NCBI GenBank assembly: GCA_963754315.1
Contig: CAVWFS010000019.1
Location: forward strand, 1 to 64,000
Length of the DNA stretch: 64,000 nt
Reading direction: 5' to 3'
DNA from: an uncultured Candidatus Rokubacteria bacterium
GTDB taxonomy: Bacteria; Methylomirabilota; Methylomirabilia; Rokubacteriales; CSP1-6
Position numbers and translations under genes: made by a program. Position 1 is the stretch's first letter, and each line of letters opens with the position of its first letter. The notes beneath the pieces were generated by a model, which saw only the letters and a program-made list of their open reading frames with translations, was not told the DNA's origin and did not search any database. Positions 51,674 to 62,464 of the stretch are shown here, one piece after another.

Positions 51674-51915
51674 GGGGGGCCCCGAAATGGCCCCCCATAC
51701 CCCCCCGCGCTCGGGGATGCCCCGGGCAACCCGGGGCACCCCTCGATCACACGCCAGCTTCGCGGCCCCCATGGCCCCCCATACCCCCGCGCTCGGGATG
51801 CCCCGGCAACCCGGGCACCCCTCGATCACACGCCAGCTTCGGGCCCCGATGGCCCCCCGACCCCCCGCGCTCGGGATGCCCGGGCGGCACCCCTCGATCA
51901 CACGCCAGCTTCGGG
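51674..51915 (+). repeat. Two-hairpin REP-like element, locus C (three tandem units, ~72-88 bp)
   Basis: TGGCCCCCC...CCCCCGCGCTCGGGATGCCC...GGCACCCCTCGATCACACGCCAGCTTCG three times, with no unique spacers. Confidence 0.9.
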
Positions 51916-52272
51916 CACGCGCGCGCGATTTTCGAGCCAGACGCGCCACTGATCGGGAGCGTGCCCGATCGAGAGCTGGTTGCCATTGCGGACCAAGGGG
52001 GTGCGCAGCAAACGCGGTTCGGTCGCGGCACGATCGAGCAGGCGCTCGGGAGAATCGCCGGCCACGTGGAGCCCTAGAGCCCGGAAGCGTGGCCCCTCGC
52101 GGTTGATGAGAGCCGAAGCTCCAAAGCGCTCCTTGAACCGCCTGAGCTCGCCCGGGGACGCGGGTCGCTCATCGAGATCGACGAAGTGGACCGCGATCCG
52201 ACGCTCGGAGAAGAAGCGCTGCGCCTTACGGGTGTCCTGATCGCCACGGAAGCCGAAGATCTGGACGGTCAC
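51898..52272 (-). CDS. ArsC/Spx/YffB-family protein
   Basis: VQIFG....DTRKAQRFF, PASPGEL, PRLLRTPLVR; GTGA overlap with the upstream gene. Confidence 0.8.
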   Translation of the reverse strand: MTVQIFGFRGDQDTRKAQRFFSERRIAVHFVDLDERPASPGELRRFKERFGASALINREGPRFRALGLHVAGDSPERLLDRAATEPRLLRTPLVRNGNQLSIGHAPDQWRVWLENRARVPEAGV

Positions 52273-53102
52273 GCCGCACGAACCATGCGCTCCTGTAGGG
52301 CTTCCCATGACCCTATCGGCACCGCCGGCGTCCCGGGTGGGTTCAAACGCCCCGTGTGGATCCCGTGGAAATCGGAGCCACCCGTCGGCACCAGGCCATG
52401 GCCGCGACACCACTCGAGGTAGGTCGCGAGCTGCCCCGCAGAATGCTCGGCGTAGTAACACTCGATCCCCATGAGACCAGCGGCGATCAGCTCGGGAATG
52501 AGCTCATCCTTTCCTCCTACCCCCGGATGCGCGAGGACAGGAACTCCCCTCGCTTTCAGAATGATGCCGACTGCCTCCACTGGTGTCAGCCGCTTCCGCG
52601 GGACGTGAGCCGGCCCCCCGGTGCGCAAGTATCGGTCGAAGGCCTCGCGCATGGATTTCACGTACCCGCGGGCAATCATCACTTGCGCGATATGGGGACG
52701 GCCCGGTGAGCCCTCCTTGACCAGGGCGAAGACTTCGGCGGGGTCGATGGGCACTCCCAGCTCGGCCAATCGGTCGGCGATCCGTTGCACGCGGGCTGCT
52801 CGCTCGACCCGCTGTCCCCGGAGGAAATCCTGAAACCAGGCTTCCTCATGCTCCATGCCGTAGCCGAGGACGTGCACCTCCCCGCCCTCCACGTCGCAGT
52901 TGATCTCGAGACCGGGCACGATGGTCAGCCCCGGATAGGCGGCGGCGGCAGCGCGCGCCTCGGCCAGCCCGTTCGTGGTGTCGTGATCGGTGATGGCCAG
53001 GACGCGCACGCCGTGGGACCAGGCCTTCTCAACGAGAGCGCCGGGGCTGAGGGCGCCATCGGAGGCCACGGTATGGGTGTGAAGATCGACACTCCCGCTC
53101 AT
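52269..53102 (-). CDS. PHP-domain phosphoesterase (TrpH/YciV-like)
   Basis: DLHTHTVASDG, AITDHD, HVLGY, GRPH, LAHP, GGSDFHG. Confidence 0.92.
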   Translation of the reverse strand: MSGSVDLHTHTVASDGALSPGALVEKAWSHGVRVLAITDHDTTNGLAEARAAAAAYPGLTIVPGLEINCDVEGGEVHVLGYGMEHEEAWFQDFLRGQRVERAARVQRIADRLAELGVPIDPAEVFALVKEGSPGRPHIAQVMIARGYVKSMREAFDRYLRTGGPAHVPRKRLTPVEAVGIILKARGVPVLAHPGVGGKDELIPELIAAGLMGIECYYAEHSAGQLATYLEWCRGHGLVPTGGSDFHGIHTGRLNPPGTPAVPIGSWEALQERMVRAA

Positions 53103-54658
53103 TGCCGGTGTCCCATCAGATAGGTGAGAAGCGTGCGAACGCCGACCCCAGTCCCCCCCTTGACGGTAAGCGGTCCCTCTTTCTCGACGAAGGCAGGGCC
53201 GGCGATGTCGAAATGGGCCCACGGCACCCCCGCCGTGAATTCCTTCAGGAAAAGACCGGCGGTGATGGCACCGCCCCCGCGCGGGCCCACGTTGTTCAGG
53301 TCGGCAATCTCGGACTTGAGGTGGTCGCGGTACTCGTCGAGGAGCGGTAGCTGCCACACGTGCTCGCCGGCGGCCCTGGCGGCAGTGAGGAGCCGGTCGG
53401 TCAAGCCCTGGTGATTTGTCATCAGCCCCGAACAGAGTGGGCCGAGGGCAACCACGCACGCTCCGGTGAGGGTGGCCAGATCAATGATCTCGTCGGGCTT
53501 GATTTCCTGCACCGCGTAGCAGAGCGCGTCGGCCAACGTGAGGCGGCCCTCGGCATCCGTGTTGCCAATCTCGATGGTGGTGCCATTCATGGCGCGCAGC
53601 ACGTCCCCCGGACGAAAGGCCGTCCCCGAGGGCATGTTTTCCGTGGCCGCGATGAGACCATGCACTTCCACGCGCGGCTTGAGACTCGGAAGAGCCCGCA
53701 TGGTGGCCAGCACGGCCGCCGCTCCGGACATGTCATTTTTCATGCGCAGCATGCCATCAGCGGTCTTCAGGTCGAGCCCCCCGGCGTCGAAGGTGATGCC
53801 CTTTCCGACGATCACGATGCGCCGGGCAGGCCGTCCAGGCCCCCGATAGGTGAGATGGATGAACTTTGGAGGCTGCTGGCTACCCGCGGCCACGGCAACA
53901 AACGCCCCCATGCCGAGCTTCTCGCACTCGTCGCGATCGTAGACCCTCACACTGAGCCGCGGCCCATGTGCGATGGCTTCGGCGACTTCGGCCAGGTGCG
54001 TCGGATGGACCTCGTTGGCAGGGGCGTTGACGAGATCACGGGCGAACCAGGTGGCGCGCGCAAACGTCTGGCCCGTGCGAATACCCTCCGCCACCTCGCG
54101 CGCACCGCGGCCGTCGTCCAGGGCGATCTGCACCTGTTCCACGAATCTCTCCGACGCCTCGCGCTTGTAGCGCTCGAAGGCGTAGGTGCCGATGATGGCC
54201 CCCTCGGTGAGTGCGTGGGCGCGCTGCCGGGGGGGCAGCCGATCACCGAGCAGCTCGAGACCAACAGTCCGCGCCCCCAGATCACGCGCCCGACGGAGAC
54301 CGGCGGCGGCCGCCCGTCGAATAGTCTCGGCCGTGATCTCACGCCGTGCTCCGAGTCCCACGACCACCACGCGCGGGCTGGCTAAGCGGGCCCCCACGTG
54401 GATGTGGGTCACGGCGCCGACTTTGGCCGAGAATTTCTCGGCGTCGAGGGCGGATCGGACCAGTCCGTCCGCTCGCTGATCGAGCACCGTCAGCGCCTCC
54501 GGCATCCGCTTTTCCCCACTGGTGAGCCCGACCACCAGCGCGTCGACCGACAGGGCTGCGAGGGGCTTGCGGGCGATGGCCACCTGAAGCTGGCGCGAAC
54601 CGGGCGACCCGTCACTCCCGGCGGGGCGCGACGAGGCCTCCGCGCTCCTTTCCGTCAT
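53099..54658 (-). CDS. pepA: Leucyl aminopeptidase (M17)
   Basis: VGKGITFDAGG, MKNDMSG, NTDAEGRL, ATLTGA. Confidence 0.95.
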   Translation of the reverse strand: MTERSAEASSRPAGSDGSPGSRQLQVAIARKPLAALSVDALVVGLTSGEKRMPEALTVLDQRADGLVRSALDAEKFSAKVGAVTHIHVGARLASPRVVVVGLGARREITAETIRRAAAAGLRRARDLGARTVGLELLGDRLPPRQRAHALTEGAIIGTYAFERYKREASERFVEQVQIALDDGRGAREVAEGIRTGQTFARATWFARDLVNAPANEVHPTHLAEVAEAIAHGPRLSVRVYDRDECEKLGMGAFVAVAAGSQQPPKFIHLTYRGPGRPARRIVIVGKGITFDAGGLDLKTADGMLRMKNDMSGAAAVLATMRALPSLKPRVEVHGLIAATENMPSGTAFRPGDVLRAMNGTTIEIGNTDAEGRLTLADALCYAVQEIKPDEIIDLATLTGACVVALGPLCSGLMTNHQGLTDRLLTAARAAGEHVWQLPLLDEYRDHLKSEIADLNNVGPRGGGAITAGLFLKEFTAGVPWAHFDIAGPAFVEKEGPLTVKGGTGVGVRTLLTYLMGHRQ

Positions 54659-55098
54659 CACGATTCTTCCTCTCTCGCTAGCGCCAGTGCTCGCTCGATC
54701 ATGTCGACCAGTCCCTCCGTAACGTCGAGTGTGTGTACGTGCTCGGCCGGGACCCACTTCACGTCCGCGGCATCCGATCCTGCGGTGACTGTGTCCGAGT
54801 CCGCGTAGGCCAGATAGTCGATGAGAACATAATGATACCGGACGCGCCCCGTCTCATCGCGGGTGATCCGGTCCACGACACCTGCGACACCGGCCAGGCG
54901 GACCTCAATTCCGCACTCCTCCACCACCTCCCGCCGCACCGCGGCCGAGGTGGTCTCACCGAGATCGACGAGACCGCCGGGAAGGCTCCACTTGCCAAAC
55001 GCCGGCGGGCGCCCGCGCTGCACGAGCAGGACTCGCCCCTCGTGCAAGACAACCGCGCCGACACCGACGCGCGGACACGGAGGATATTCGCGGGTCAC
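54658..55098 (-). CDS. NUDIX hydrolase
   Basis: WSLPGGLVDLGET...REVVEECG. Confidence 0.92.
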   Translation of the reverse strand: MTREYPPCPRVGVGAVVLHEGRVLLVQRGRPPAFGKWSLPGGLVDLGETTSAAVRREVVEECGIEVRLAGVAGVVDRITRDETGRVRYHYVLIDYLAYADSDTVTAGSDAADVKWVPAEHVHTLDVTEGLVDMIERALALAREEES

Positions 55099-55895
55099 AT
55101 CACCCCGGCCAGCCAGACATCTGACGTGTACCGGGTACGAGCCAGTTCCCCCACCCGCCCGAGCTCCTCGGGGGTGAGGCCGTCCCGCTTGAAGGTGAGA
55201 CCATGCTCGAGCTCGAAGCCGGCGGCAAGCTGCTCGGCCACCTCGGACCAGCGCGGACGGAGGCCGAGGGCGATCTCGAGAGTGGTCATCCTCTCCAGCG
55301 GATCCGGCGTCGTGGGAAATACGGCTCGCAACCTCCGCACGTCGGCGCCGAGCAGGATGGAACCGTGCTGGAGAAAGCAGGCCCCTTGGCGGCGCTGAGC
55401 GCTCCCGACGACCTTGCGCCCGCCGATCTCGATCTCGTAGCGGCCCGTCCGCGCGAAGCAGAAGGCGGGCAGAGGTCCCTCCGCGGCGGCGACTGGCACC
55501 AGTTCCGCATCAACGCCCAGTGCGTTCAACCCCCGGAGCAGAGCGTTGCCGATCCAGCGATAGGTCTCCAGCAAGTCCGAGGCTGTCTGAAGATCCTCGG
55601 TTGCCGCGCTCACGCTATAGGTCAGCTCGCGTTCAGGCCCGTCGTGGTAAATGGCGCTACCGCCGGTGGGCCGTCGGACCAGCCCCACCCCGAGGGCGCG
55701 GCAGGCGCTGATGTCGATGTCGGTGTTGAGCGGCTGGCCGTAACCGAGCGACACGGTGGGAGGCGCCCATCCGAAGAAGCGCAGGGTGGGCGGGGACGTC
55801 CCCGCCTGGCGCCCTCGCCATAGGGCCTCGTCGATGGCCATGTTGGTGGCGCCGTCGGCGGGTTCGGTCACCAAGAGCCGCCAGACCTCGCTCAC
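55095..55895 (-). CDS. Lipoate-protein ligase/LipM-like octanoyltransferase
   Basis: [28 protein letters not shown]; next to gcv genes. Confidence 0.9.
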   Translation of the reverse strand: MSEVWRLLVTEPADGATNMAIDEALWRGRQAGTSPPTLRFFGWAPPTVSLGYGQPLNTDIDISACRALGVGLVRRPTGGSAIYHDGPERELTYSVSAATEDLQTASDLLETYRWIGNALLRGLNALGVDAELVPVAAAEGPLPAFCFARTGRYEIEIGGRKVVGSAQRRQGACFLQHGSILLGADVRRLRAVFPTTPDPLERMTTLEIALGLRPRWSEVAEQLAAGFELEHGLTFKRDGLTPEELGRVGELARTRYTSDVWLAGVM

Positions 55896-57359
55896 GGCTT
55901 CCAGCTCAGCACTGGCTCGCGGGCGGCCCTCGTCTGGTCCAGGCGGCGGACCGGCGTCGTCAGGGGAGCCTCCTGAATCAGACTCGGATCATCCCCAGCC
56001 TCGCGGGCGATTTGGATCATCGCGTCACAGAACGCGTCGAGCGTCTGCTTGGACTCGGTCTCCGTGGGCTCGATCATCAGGGCCTCGTCCACGATGAGCG
56101 GGAAGTAGGTGGACGGCGCGTAGAACCCGAGGTCCAGTAGCCGCTTGGCAATGTCCATGGCGCTCACGCCCTGTCTCTTTTGCCGCCGGGCGGAGAGCAC
56201 GCACTCGTGCATGCAGGGGCCGGGCGCTGCCGCATCGTAGTGAGACTCGAGCCGCTTCATGATGTAGTTGGCGTTGAGGACCGCATTGTCGGAGACGAGG
56301 CGGAGCCCGTCCGCCCCCATGGTACGGATATAGGTGTAGGCGCGCACCATCATGCCGAAGTTTCCCCAGAACGCCTGGAGCTTCCCGATGGACTTCGGGC
56401 GCCGCCAGTCGAGGGTGTAGCGGGCGCCGCGCTTGGCCACCACCGGGAGGGGCAGGAAGGGTTCCAGATGCGCCTTGATCCCCACTGGCCCCGCTCCTGG
56501 CCCGCCTCCTCCGTGCGGCGTGGTGAAGGTCTTGTGGAGGTTGAAGTGACACACGTCGAAGCCGAGATCGCCAGGCCGGGTGATGCCGAGAATGGCGTTG
56601 AGATTGGCGCCGTCCATGTAGACCTGCACCCCGCTCGCATGACACATCTCGGTGATCTCCGTGACGCGCGGCTCGAACATCCCGAGCGTGTTGGGCACGG
56701 TGATCATGAAGGCGGCCACGTCAGGACCGAGATGGCGCGCGAGATCATCCACGTCAACCTCTCCGGTGCCGGTCGACTTGACCTCGACCACCTCATAGCC
56801 CGCGATCGCGGTCGATGCGGGGTTGGTGCCGTGGGCGGAGTTGGGGACCAGGACCTTGGTACGCCGCTCGCCGCGCGAGCGATGATACGCCCGGATCATG
56901 AGGATGCCAGCCAGCTCTCCTTGGGCTCCCGCCGCCGGCTGGAGCGACACCGCGTCCATCCCTGCAATCTCCGCAAGGGACGCCGCCAGCGCATGCATCA
57001 AGGCCAGCGCGCCCTGCGCAGCACCCTCTGGTGTCAGGGGATGCAGCCGGGCGAACCCGGGCAGACGGGCCATGTCCTCGTTGAGCCGCGGGTTGTACTT
57101 CATGGTGCAAGAACCCAGCGGGTAGAAGTGGGTGTCGAGGCCGTAGTTGAGGCGCGAGAGGCGTGAGTAGTGGCGCACCACGTCGAACTCGGAGACTTCC
57201 GGGAGGGCGGGCGCCTCCGAGCGCAGATATTGGGAAGGTAGCAAGGCGCGTGGGTCGGCCACCGGCACGTCGCACTCGGGCAGCGAGTAGCCGACACGCC
57301 CAGGCGAGGAGATCTCGAACACGAGCTGGTCGTACGACGGCGGCCGCCACCCGGCTCAC
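55892..57359 (-). CDS. gcvPB: Glycine dehydrogenase subunit 2 (probable frameshift near start)
   Basis: [46 protein letters not shown]. Confidence 0.93.
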
Positions 57360-58704
57360 GACCCCACTGCTCCGGCGAGGGCCATCGCGAAGCGGTCGAT
57401 CTCGGCGCGCGACCGTTTCTCGGTCACCGCCACCAGAAGGCAATCCCTCAGCCGCCTCTCGAAGCTCCCCAAGGGCACGCCGGCCATGATGCGATCCTTG
57501 GCCAGGCGCCTCACCACCCGCGGAGGCGATTTCGGCAGGGTGAGGACGAATTCTTTGAAGAACGGGCGCCGGAAACCGCAAGGCGACTCCAGGAATCTGC
57601 GTCAGGCGTTCGGCGGCGTAGTGCGCCTTGGCTGTCGACAGCTCGCCCACTTTCGTCAACCCTCGCTTGCCGAGGAGCGCGAGGTAGATGGTGGCCATCA
57701 GCGCGCACAGGGCCACGTTCGTGCAGATGTTCGACGTGGCCTTGGCGCGGCGGATGTGCTGCTCACGCGTCTGCAGGGTCAGCACGAAGCCTCGCCGACC
57801 ATCGGCGTCCACGGTGGCGCCCACCAGCCGCCCTGGCATCCGCCGAACCAGTTCCTGCTTGGCAGCGAACACACCGAGGTTGGGTCCGCCATATGACATT
57901 GGGACACCAAGCCCCTGCCCCTCGCCCACAAAGATGTCGGCGCCCAAACGGCCGGGAGCCTCGAGCACGCCGAGGTTCACGGGATCGGAGGCCACCACGA
58001 GCAGGGCTCCGGCCGCGTGGGCGATCTCGCCGGCCGCCCGGATGTCCTCGAGGCAACCGTAGAAGTTCGGCGACTGGATGACCAGGGCCGCTGTCTTCGC
58101 CCCGACCAGGGCGCGCGCTGCCTCCAGGTCCGTGGTGCCCTCCGGGGCCGGCGCGTCACGCAGGCGGAGGTCGGGCCCTGCGCAGTAGGTCGCCATGACC
58201 CGCCGCGCGAACGGATGAACCCCGCCGGCCACCACGATCTCGGAGCGCGACGTGGCAGCGTGCGCCATCAGTGCCGCTTCCGCCAAGGACGAGGCCCCGT
58301 CGTAGATCGAAGCATTGGCCACGTCCATGCCGCTGAGCTCGGCGATCATGGTTTGGTACTCAAAGATCGTCCGCAAGCGTTCCCTGGCTGGCCTCGGGCT
58401 GATAGGGCGTGTAAGCCGTGAAAAACTCGCCGCGCGAGACGAGATGGTTGATGGGGCTGGGGACGTAATGATCGTAGGAGCCAGCCCCGAGAAAGCAGCT
58501 ATAGGCGTCGGCGTCGGCGTTCTGATCAGCCAGGTCACGCAAATGGTGGACGAGGTCGGTCTCGGCGAGCGCGGGGGCGAGGGCCAACGGTCCCTCCAGG
58601 CGCGCCTTGGGGGGTATGCCCACCAGCAGATCCTCGATGGAGCGGGCGCCGATGACGTCGAGCATGAGCCGCTGCTCGTCGCGAGTGTTCGCGATGTAAC
58701 GCAT
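57356..58704 (-). CDS. gcvPA: Glycine dehydrogenase subunit 1 (frameshifts ~58378 and ~57565)
   Basis: FLGAG, TAYTPYQPEASQG, NASIYDGA, TLQTREQHIRRAKATSNICTN. Confidence 0.9.
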
Positions 58705-58707
58705 GGC

Positions 58708-59100
58708 CTAGTGCCCGGCCTGAGCGATGAGCGCCTCGTATTGCTCGGCGCCGAGAAGTTCGGCCACCTCGGGGGCATTGGCGAGGGCGATGACGATCAT
58801 CCAGCCGCGGCCATACGGGTCCTGATTGACCAGCTCCGGCGCGTTGACCAGCTCTGCGTTGATCTCAACGACCTTGCCCGACAGTGGTGCGAAGAGATCG
58901 GACACGGCCTTGACGGACTCCACCACGCCGAACCCCTTGTGCTGGGTGACCGTGGCCCCCACCTTGGGCAGCTCAACGAAGACCACGTCACCGAGTTGCT
59001 CCTGCGCGTAGGCGGTGATCCCTATCCGGGCCCGATCACCCTCGATCTTCGCCCACTCGTGCTCCTTCGTGTACTTCAGATCTGATGGAACGTTGGCCAT
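58708..59100 (-). CDS. gcvH: Glycine cleavage H protein
   Basis: YTKEHEW, LGDVVFVELP, ESVKAVSD, DPYGRGW. Confidence 0.96.
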   Translation of the reverse strand: MANVPSDLKYTKEHEWAKIEGDRARIGITAYAQEQLGDVVFVELPKVGATVTQHKGFGVVESVKAVSDLFAPLSGKVVEINAELVNAPELVNQDPYGRGWMIVIALANAPEVAELLGAEQYEALIAQAGH

Positions 59101-59209
59101 GGATCTTCCTATTGTCGCGACGGCCCGGCGGCCGGCTTGAAGCGTGGGTGGCCTCTTCGAGGTGCGCGTGGTTGCGTACCCCTCACCGATTCATTGAAAG
59201 AGGACAGGG

Positions 59210-60304
59210 TCACTTCTTAACTCGGGAGGCGTAGAACGGGGTGCGGACGATGTGGGCGGCCTTGACTTGCCCCCGGACCTCCACGCCGAGGTCGGTACCG
59301 AGGCCCGCATGCGTGACCGCCACGTAGGCCATCGCGATGTACTTGTCCACGGATGGCCCATAGGAGCCCGAGGTGACGACCCCGAGGCGGGCCTCGTCCT
59401 TGAGGACGGGGTAGCCGTGCCGAGGCACGGCTCGCTCGGTCATCTCGAGGCCGACCAGCTTGCGTGTCGGGCCCTGCGCTCGCACTCGTTCCAGGGCAGC
59501 CCGACCCACGAACTCTCCCTTGCCGAGCTTCACGACCCAGCCGAGTCCAGCTTCCAGTGGGTTCGTCGTCTCGTCGATGTCATTGCCATAGAGCGCATAC
59601 TTCATCTCGAGCCGGAGCGTGTCGCGGGCCCCCAGGCCCACCATGGTCACCCCGTCACGGACGCCCTCGTTGACGAGATTGCTCCACAGCTTCTCGGCGT
59701 CGAGAGCGGCCACGTACAGCTCGAAGCCGTCTTCGCCCGTGTATCCGGTGCGCGAGACCAGCGCCGGCGCCCCAGCCACCGTGCGTCGTGCGAACCGGTA
59801 GTACCCGATCGGCGTGATGTCGCCGTCGGCCAGCCGCCCTACGAGCGCTTCCGCGCGCGGGCCCTGCACGGCGATGAGCGCGGTCTCATCCGAAATGTTG
59901 CGCCAGCGAGCCCCGCCCCCGTGTTCCCTCACCCAGGCCCAGTCCTTATCGATGTTGCCCGCGTTGACGGTGACCATGAAGCGATCGACCGCCAGCCGAT
60001 ACACCGTGCAATCATCCACGATGCCGCCGTCGGGATAACACAGAACCGAGTACTGCACCTGCCCCTCGGCCAGGGCGCCCACGTCATTGGTGGTGAGCCC
60101 TTGGAGGGCGGCCAACGCCGCCGGACCCTCCACTTCGAATTCACCCATGTGACTGACATCGAAGAGGCCCACCGCCGCGCGTGTGGCCCGATGTTCCTCG
60201 ATGATGCCGGTGTACTGCACGGGCATCTCCCACCCTGCGAACGGGACCATGCGCGCCCCCGCCTTGAGGTGGGCGGCATACAGGGGCGTGCGCTTGAGGG
60301 TCAC
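59210..60304 (-). CDS. gcvT: Glycine cleavage T protein
   Basis: [39 protein letters not shown]. Confidence 0.96.
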   Translation of the reverse strand: MTLKRTPLYAAHLKAGARMVPFAGWEMPVQYTGIIEEHRATRAAVGLFDVSHMGEFEVEGPAALAALQGLTTNDVGALAEGQVQYSVLCYPDGGIVDDCTVYRLAVDRFMVTVNAGNIDKDWAWVREHGGGARWRNISDETALIAVQGPRAEALVGRLADGDITPIGYYRFARRTVAGAPALVSRTGYTGEDGFELYVAALDAEKLWSNLVNEGVRDGVTMVGLGARDTLRLEMKYALYGNDIDETTNPLEAGLGWVVKLGKGEFVGRAALERVRAQGPTRKLVGLEMTERAVPRHGYPVLKDEARLGVVTSGSYGPSVDKYIAMAYVAVTHAGLGTDLGVEVRGQVKAAHIVRTPFYASRVKK

Positions 60305-60319
60305 CGGACGTCCTCGGTC

Positions 60320-61108
60320 TCAGGCAGCGGGAAGCCAGTCGCGCAGTGCCTTCACCTGGCAGTGGGCTTTCTCCAGCGCCTCGCGCACGGTCCGGACGAT
60401 TTTTTCCGCACCCGGCGTATCCCCATGGCAGCAGATCGACTGCACGTTGATGTCGATGGTCACGCCGTCGATGGTCTTGACCTTACCCTCCACCGCCATT
60501 CGAACTGCCTGCTCGGCGGCTTGCGCCGGATCGGTGATGAGCGAACGGGGAATCTTCCGCGAGACGAGCCGGCACTCGACGTCGTAGGCGCGATCGGCAA
60601 ATCCTTCGGACACCACGCGCACACCCATCTTCCGACAGGCGCGATCGTACTTTCCGGTGGCCATCGCCATCAGGATCAGATTCGTCCCGCCCGATTCGAG
60701 GGTGGCCTCGCCGGCCGCGACTGCCAGCGCCTCGTCCCTCTCCATCATGTTGTAGAGGATGCCGTGCGGCTTCATGTGTTGCAGGTCGCCACCAGCAACC
60801 CGGACGAATTCGCGCAGGGCGCCCGTCTGGTAGCAGAGGTAGTCCTTCACCTCCTGGGGGGTCACGTCCATCACCCGACGGCCAAACCCCATGAGGTCGG
60901 GCAAGCTCGGGTGAGCGCCCACCGCCACGTTGTGTCGCATGGCGAGAGCCACCGTCGCGCGCATCACATGGGGATCGCCGCCGTGATAGCCGCACGCCAC
61001 GTTGGCCGAGGTGATGTACGGCATAATTTCCTCGTCGGCGCCGAGCTTCCAGCGGCCGTAGCTCTCGCCCATGTCGCAGTTGAGATCGATGTACTTGGTC
61101 CCTGCCAT
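60320..61108 (-). CDS. pxpA: 5-oxoprolinase subunit A (LamB/YcsF)
   Basis: [39 protein letters not shown]. Confidence 0.92.
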   Translation of the reverse strand: MAGTKYIDLNCDMGESYGRWKLGADEEIMPYITSANVACGYHGGDPHVMRATVALAMRHNVAVGAHPSLPDLMGFGRRVMDVTPQEVKDYLCYQTGALREFVRVAGGDLQHMKPHGILYNMMERDEALAVAAGEATLESGGTNLILMAMATGKYDRACRKMGVRVVSEGFADRAYDVECRLVSRKIPRSLITDPAQAAEQAVRMAVEGKVKTIDGVTIDINVQSICCHGDTPGAEKIVRTVREALEKAHCQVKALRDWLPAA

Positions 61109-61120
61109 GGTGGTCACTCC

Positions 61121-62446
61121 TTAAAGGCGCGCCAGCACCCGGGCTAGCGCGTTGATAAAGCGGTCGATATCGTCATCGGTCATGGCCAGCGAGCAGGCGC
61201 CCAGCCCGCGCGGGGTCAGCACAATGCCCTCGTTGAGGAGTCCCATGAAGATGCGGGTGGAGAGAAGCGGGTCTTGAGGGCGCGTGGAACGGTAGTCGGT
61301 CAATGGCTTGGCGGTCCAGTGCAGCCAGAAGAGCGAGCCCACTCCGGTCACCTGCCCCTTCCGACGCGTGGCCTCCAGCAGGCGCGCCACGCCACCCCGC
61401 AGACGCTCGCCCAGAGTGTCGAGCCTCGCGTAGGCGTCGGGGGAGAGTGCTTCAAGAGTGGCGAGGCCGGCCGCCATCGTGAGCGGGTTGGCATTGAAGG
61501 TCCCGCCCTGGCTGATGCGGGGGGCCCCGCCGCGTGGGTCGTAGAGACTCATCACGTCGGCACGGCCTCCGAAAGCCCCAACCGCCAGGCCGCCCCCGAT
61601 GATCTTGCCCAACGTGGTGAGGTCGGGGCGGACCGAGAAGTGCTCTTGGGCACCGCCCACTGCCACCCGAAACGTGATGACCTCGTCGAAGATGAGCAGC
61701 ACGCCGAGCCGCTCCGTCATGGCACGTAACCCAGCCAGAAAGCCCTCCGCCGGAGGGATCATTCCGGCGTTGGCGAGAAGAGGATCGACGATGACGGCCG
61801 CCAGGCTGGGCGCCTCCTTGGTCAGGATGGCTTCACAGGCCTCAAGGTTGTTCCACGGCAGCACCACGACGTTCTTGAGGATGGCTGGGGGCAGCCCGGC
61901 CGACCATGCTACCGACTTGGGCCGCTTGCGGCTCCCGGCCAGCTTGGGATCGGGCGTGACGCTCACCATCACCCAGTCGTGGGTGCCGTGAAACGCGCCC
62001 TCGAACTTTGCGATTTTCGGGCGGCCGGTGAAGGCGCGCGCCAGCCGTACCGCATTCATGGTGGCCTCAGTCCCGGAATTGGTGAAGCGCACCCGTTCGA
62101 TCGATGGCATGCGACGAGTAATAGCTTCGGCCAGACGGATCTCATGCTCCGTGGGACCCGGGAAGGAGAGCCCCGCGGCCGCCGTACGCTGCACGGCCTG
62201 CACGACGTCAGGAGTCGCGTGACCGAGGATGAGGCTCGTATAGTTGCCGTTGAAGTCGATCCGCTCGTTGCCGTCCTCGTCCCAGATGTGGGCACCCTGT
62301 CCTCGCTGGAGATAGAAGGGATAGGGATCGAAGAACGTCGTCGTGCGGCTGTTGCCGCCCGGCATGGCCCGGAGGGCCTCCTCAAAGAGCGCGCGCGACC
62401 GCCCGGTCTTGCCCGTGTACTCTGCGACTTCTCGCTCCATGTCCAT
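61121..62446 (-). CDS. Class III aminotransferase, HemL/GSA-like
   Basis: PGGNSR, NSGTEATM, FEGAFHG, IFDEV, TLGKIIGGG, GTFNANP. Confidence 0.88.
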   Translation of the reverse strand: MDMEREVAEYTGKTGRSRALFEEALRAMPGGNSRTTTFFDPYPFYLQRGQGAHIWDEDGNERIDFNGNYTSLILGHATPDVVQAVQRTAAAGLSFPGPTEHEIRLAEAITRRMPSIERVRFTNSGTEATMNAVRLARAFTGRPKIAKFEGAFHGTHDWVMVSVTPDPKLAGSRKRPKSVAWSAGLPPAILKNVVVLPWNNLEACEAILTKEAPSLAAVIVDPLLANAGMIPPAEGFLAGLRAMTERLGVLLIFDEVITFRVAVGGAQEHFSVRPDLTTLGKIIGGGLAVGAFGGRADVMSLYDPRGGAPRISQGGTFNANPLTMAAGLATLEALSPDAYARLDTLGERLRGGVARLLEATRRKGQVTGVGSLFWLHWTAKPLTDYRSTRPQDPLLSTRIFMGLLNEGIVLTPRGLGACSLAMTDDDIDRFINALARVLARL

Positions 62447-62464
62447 GCCGTTCCTCCTTCTAGC

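Noticed and set aside
51674..51915. CRISPR array
   Set aside because: Units are contiguous ~80-bp repeats with no unique spacers, and no cas genes are in the window.
57356..58704. Programmed frameshifting or true pseudogene status of gcvPA (also tolA, thyX)
   Set aside because: No clear slippery sites, and the frameshifts match the window-wide indel pattern.
59101..59209. Glycine riboswitch in the gcvT-gcvH spacer
   Set aside because: Some pairing (CCTCTT/AAGAGG) but none of the GGAGA, CCGAAG or CTCTCAGG hallmarks.
27656..61147. Long opposite-strand ORFs (27656..29212, 43065..44699, 59252..61147 and similar)
   Set aside because: Shadow ORFs antisense to well-supported genes, expected at high GC.
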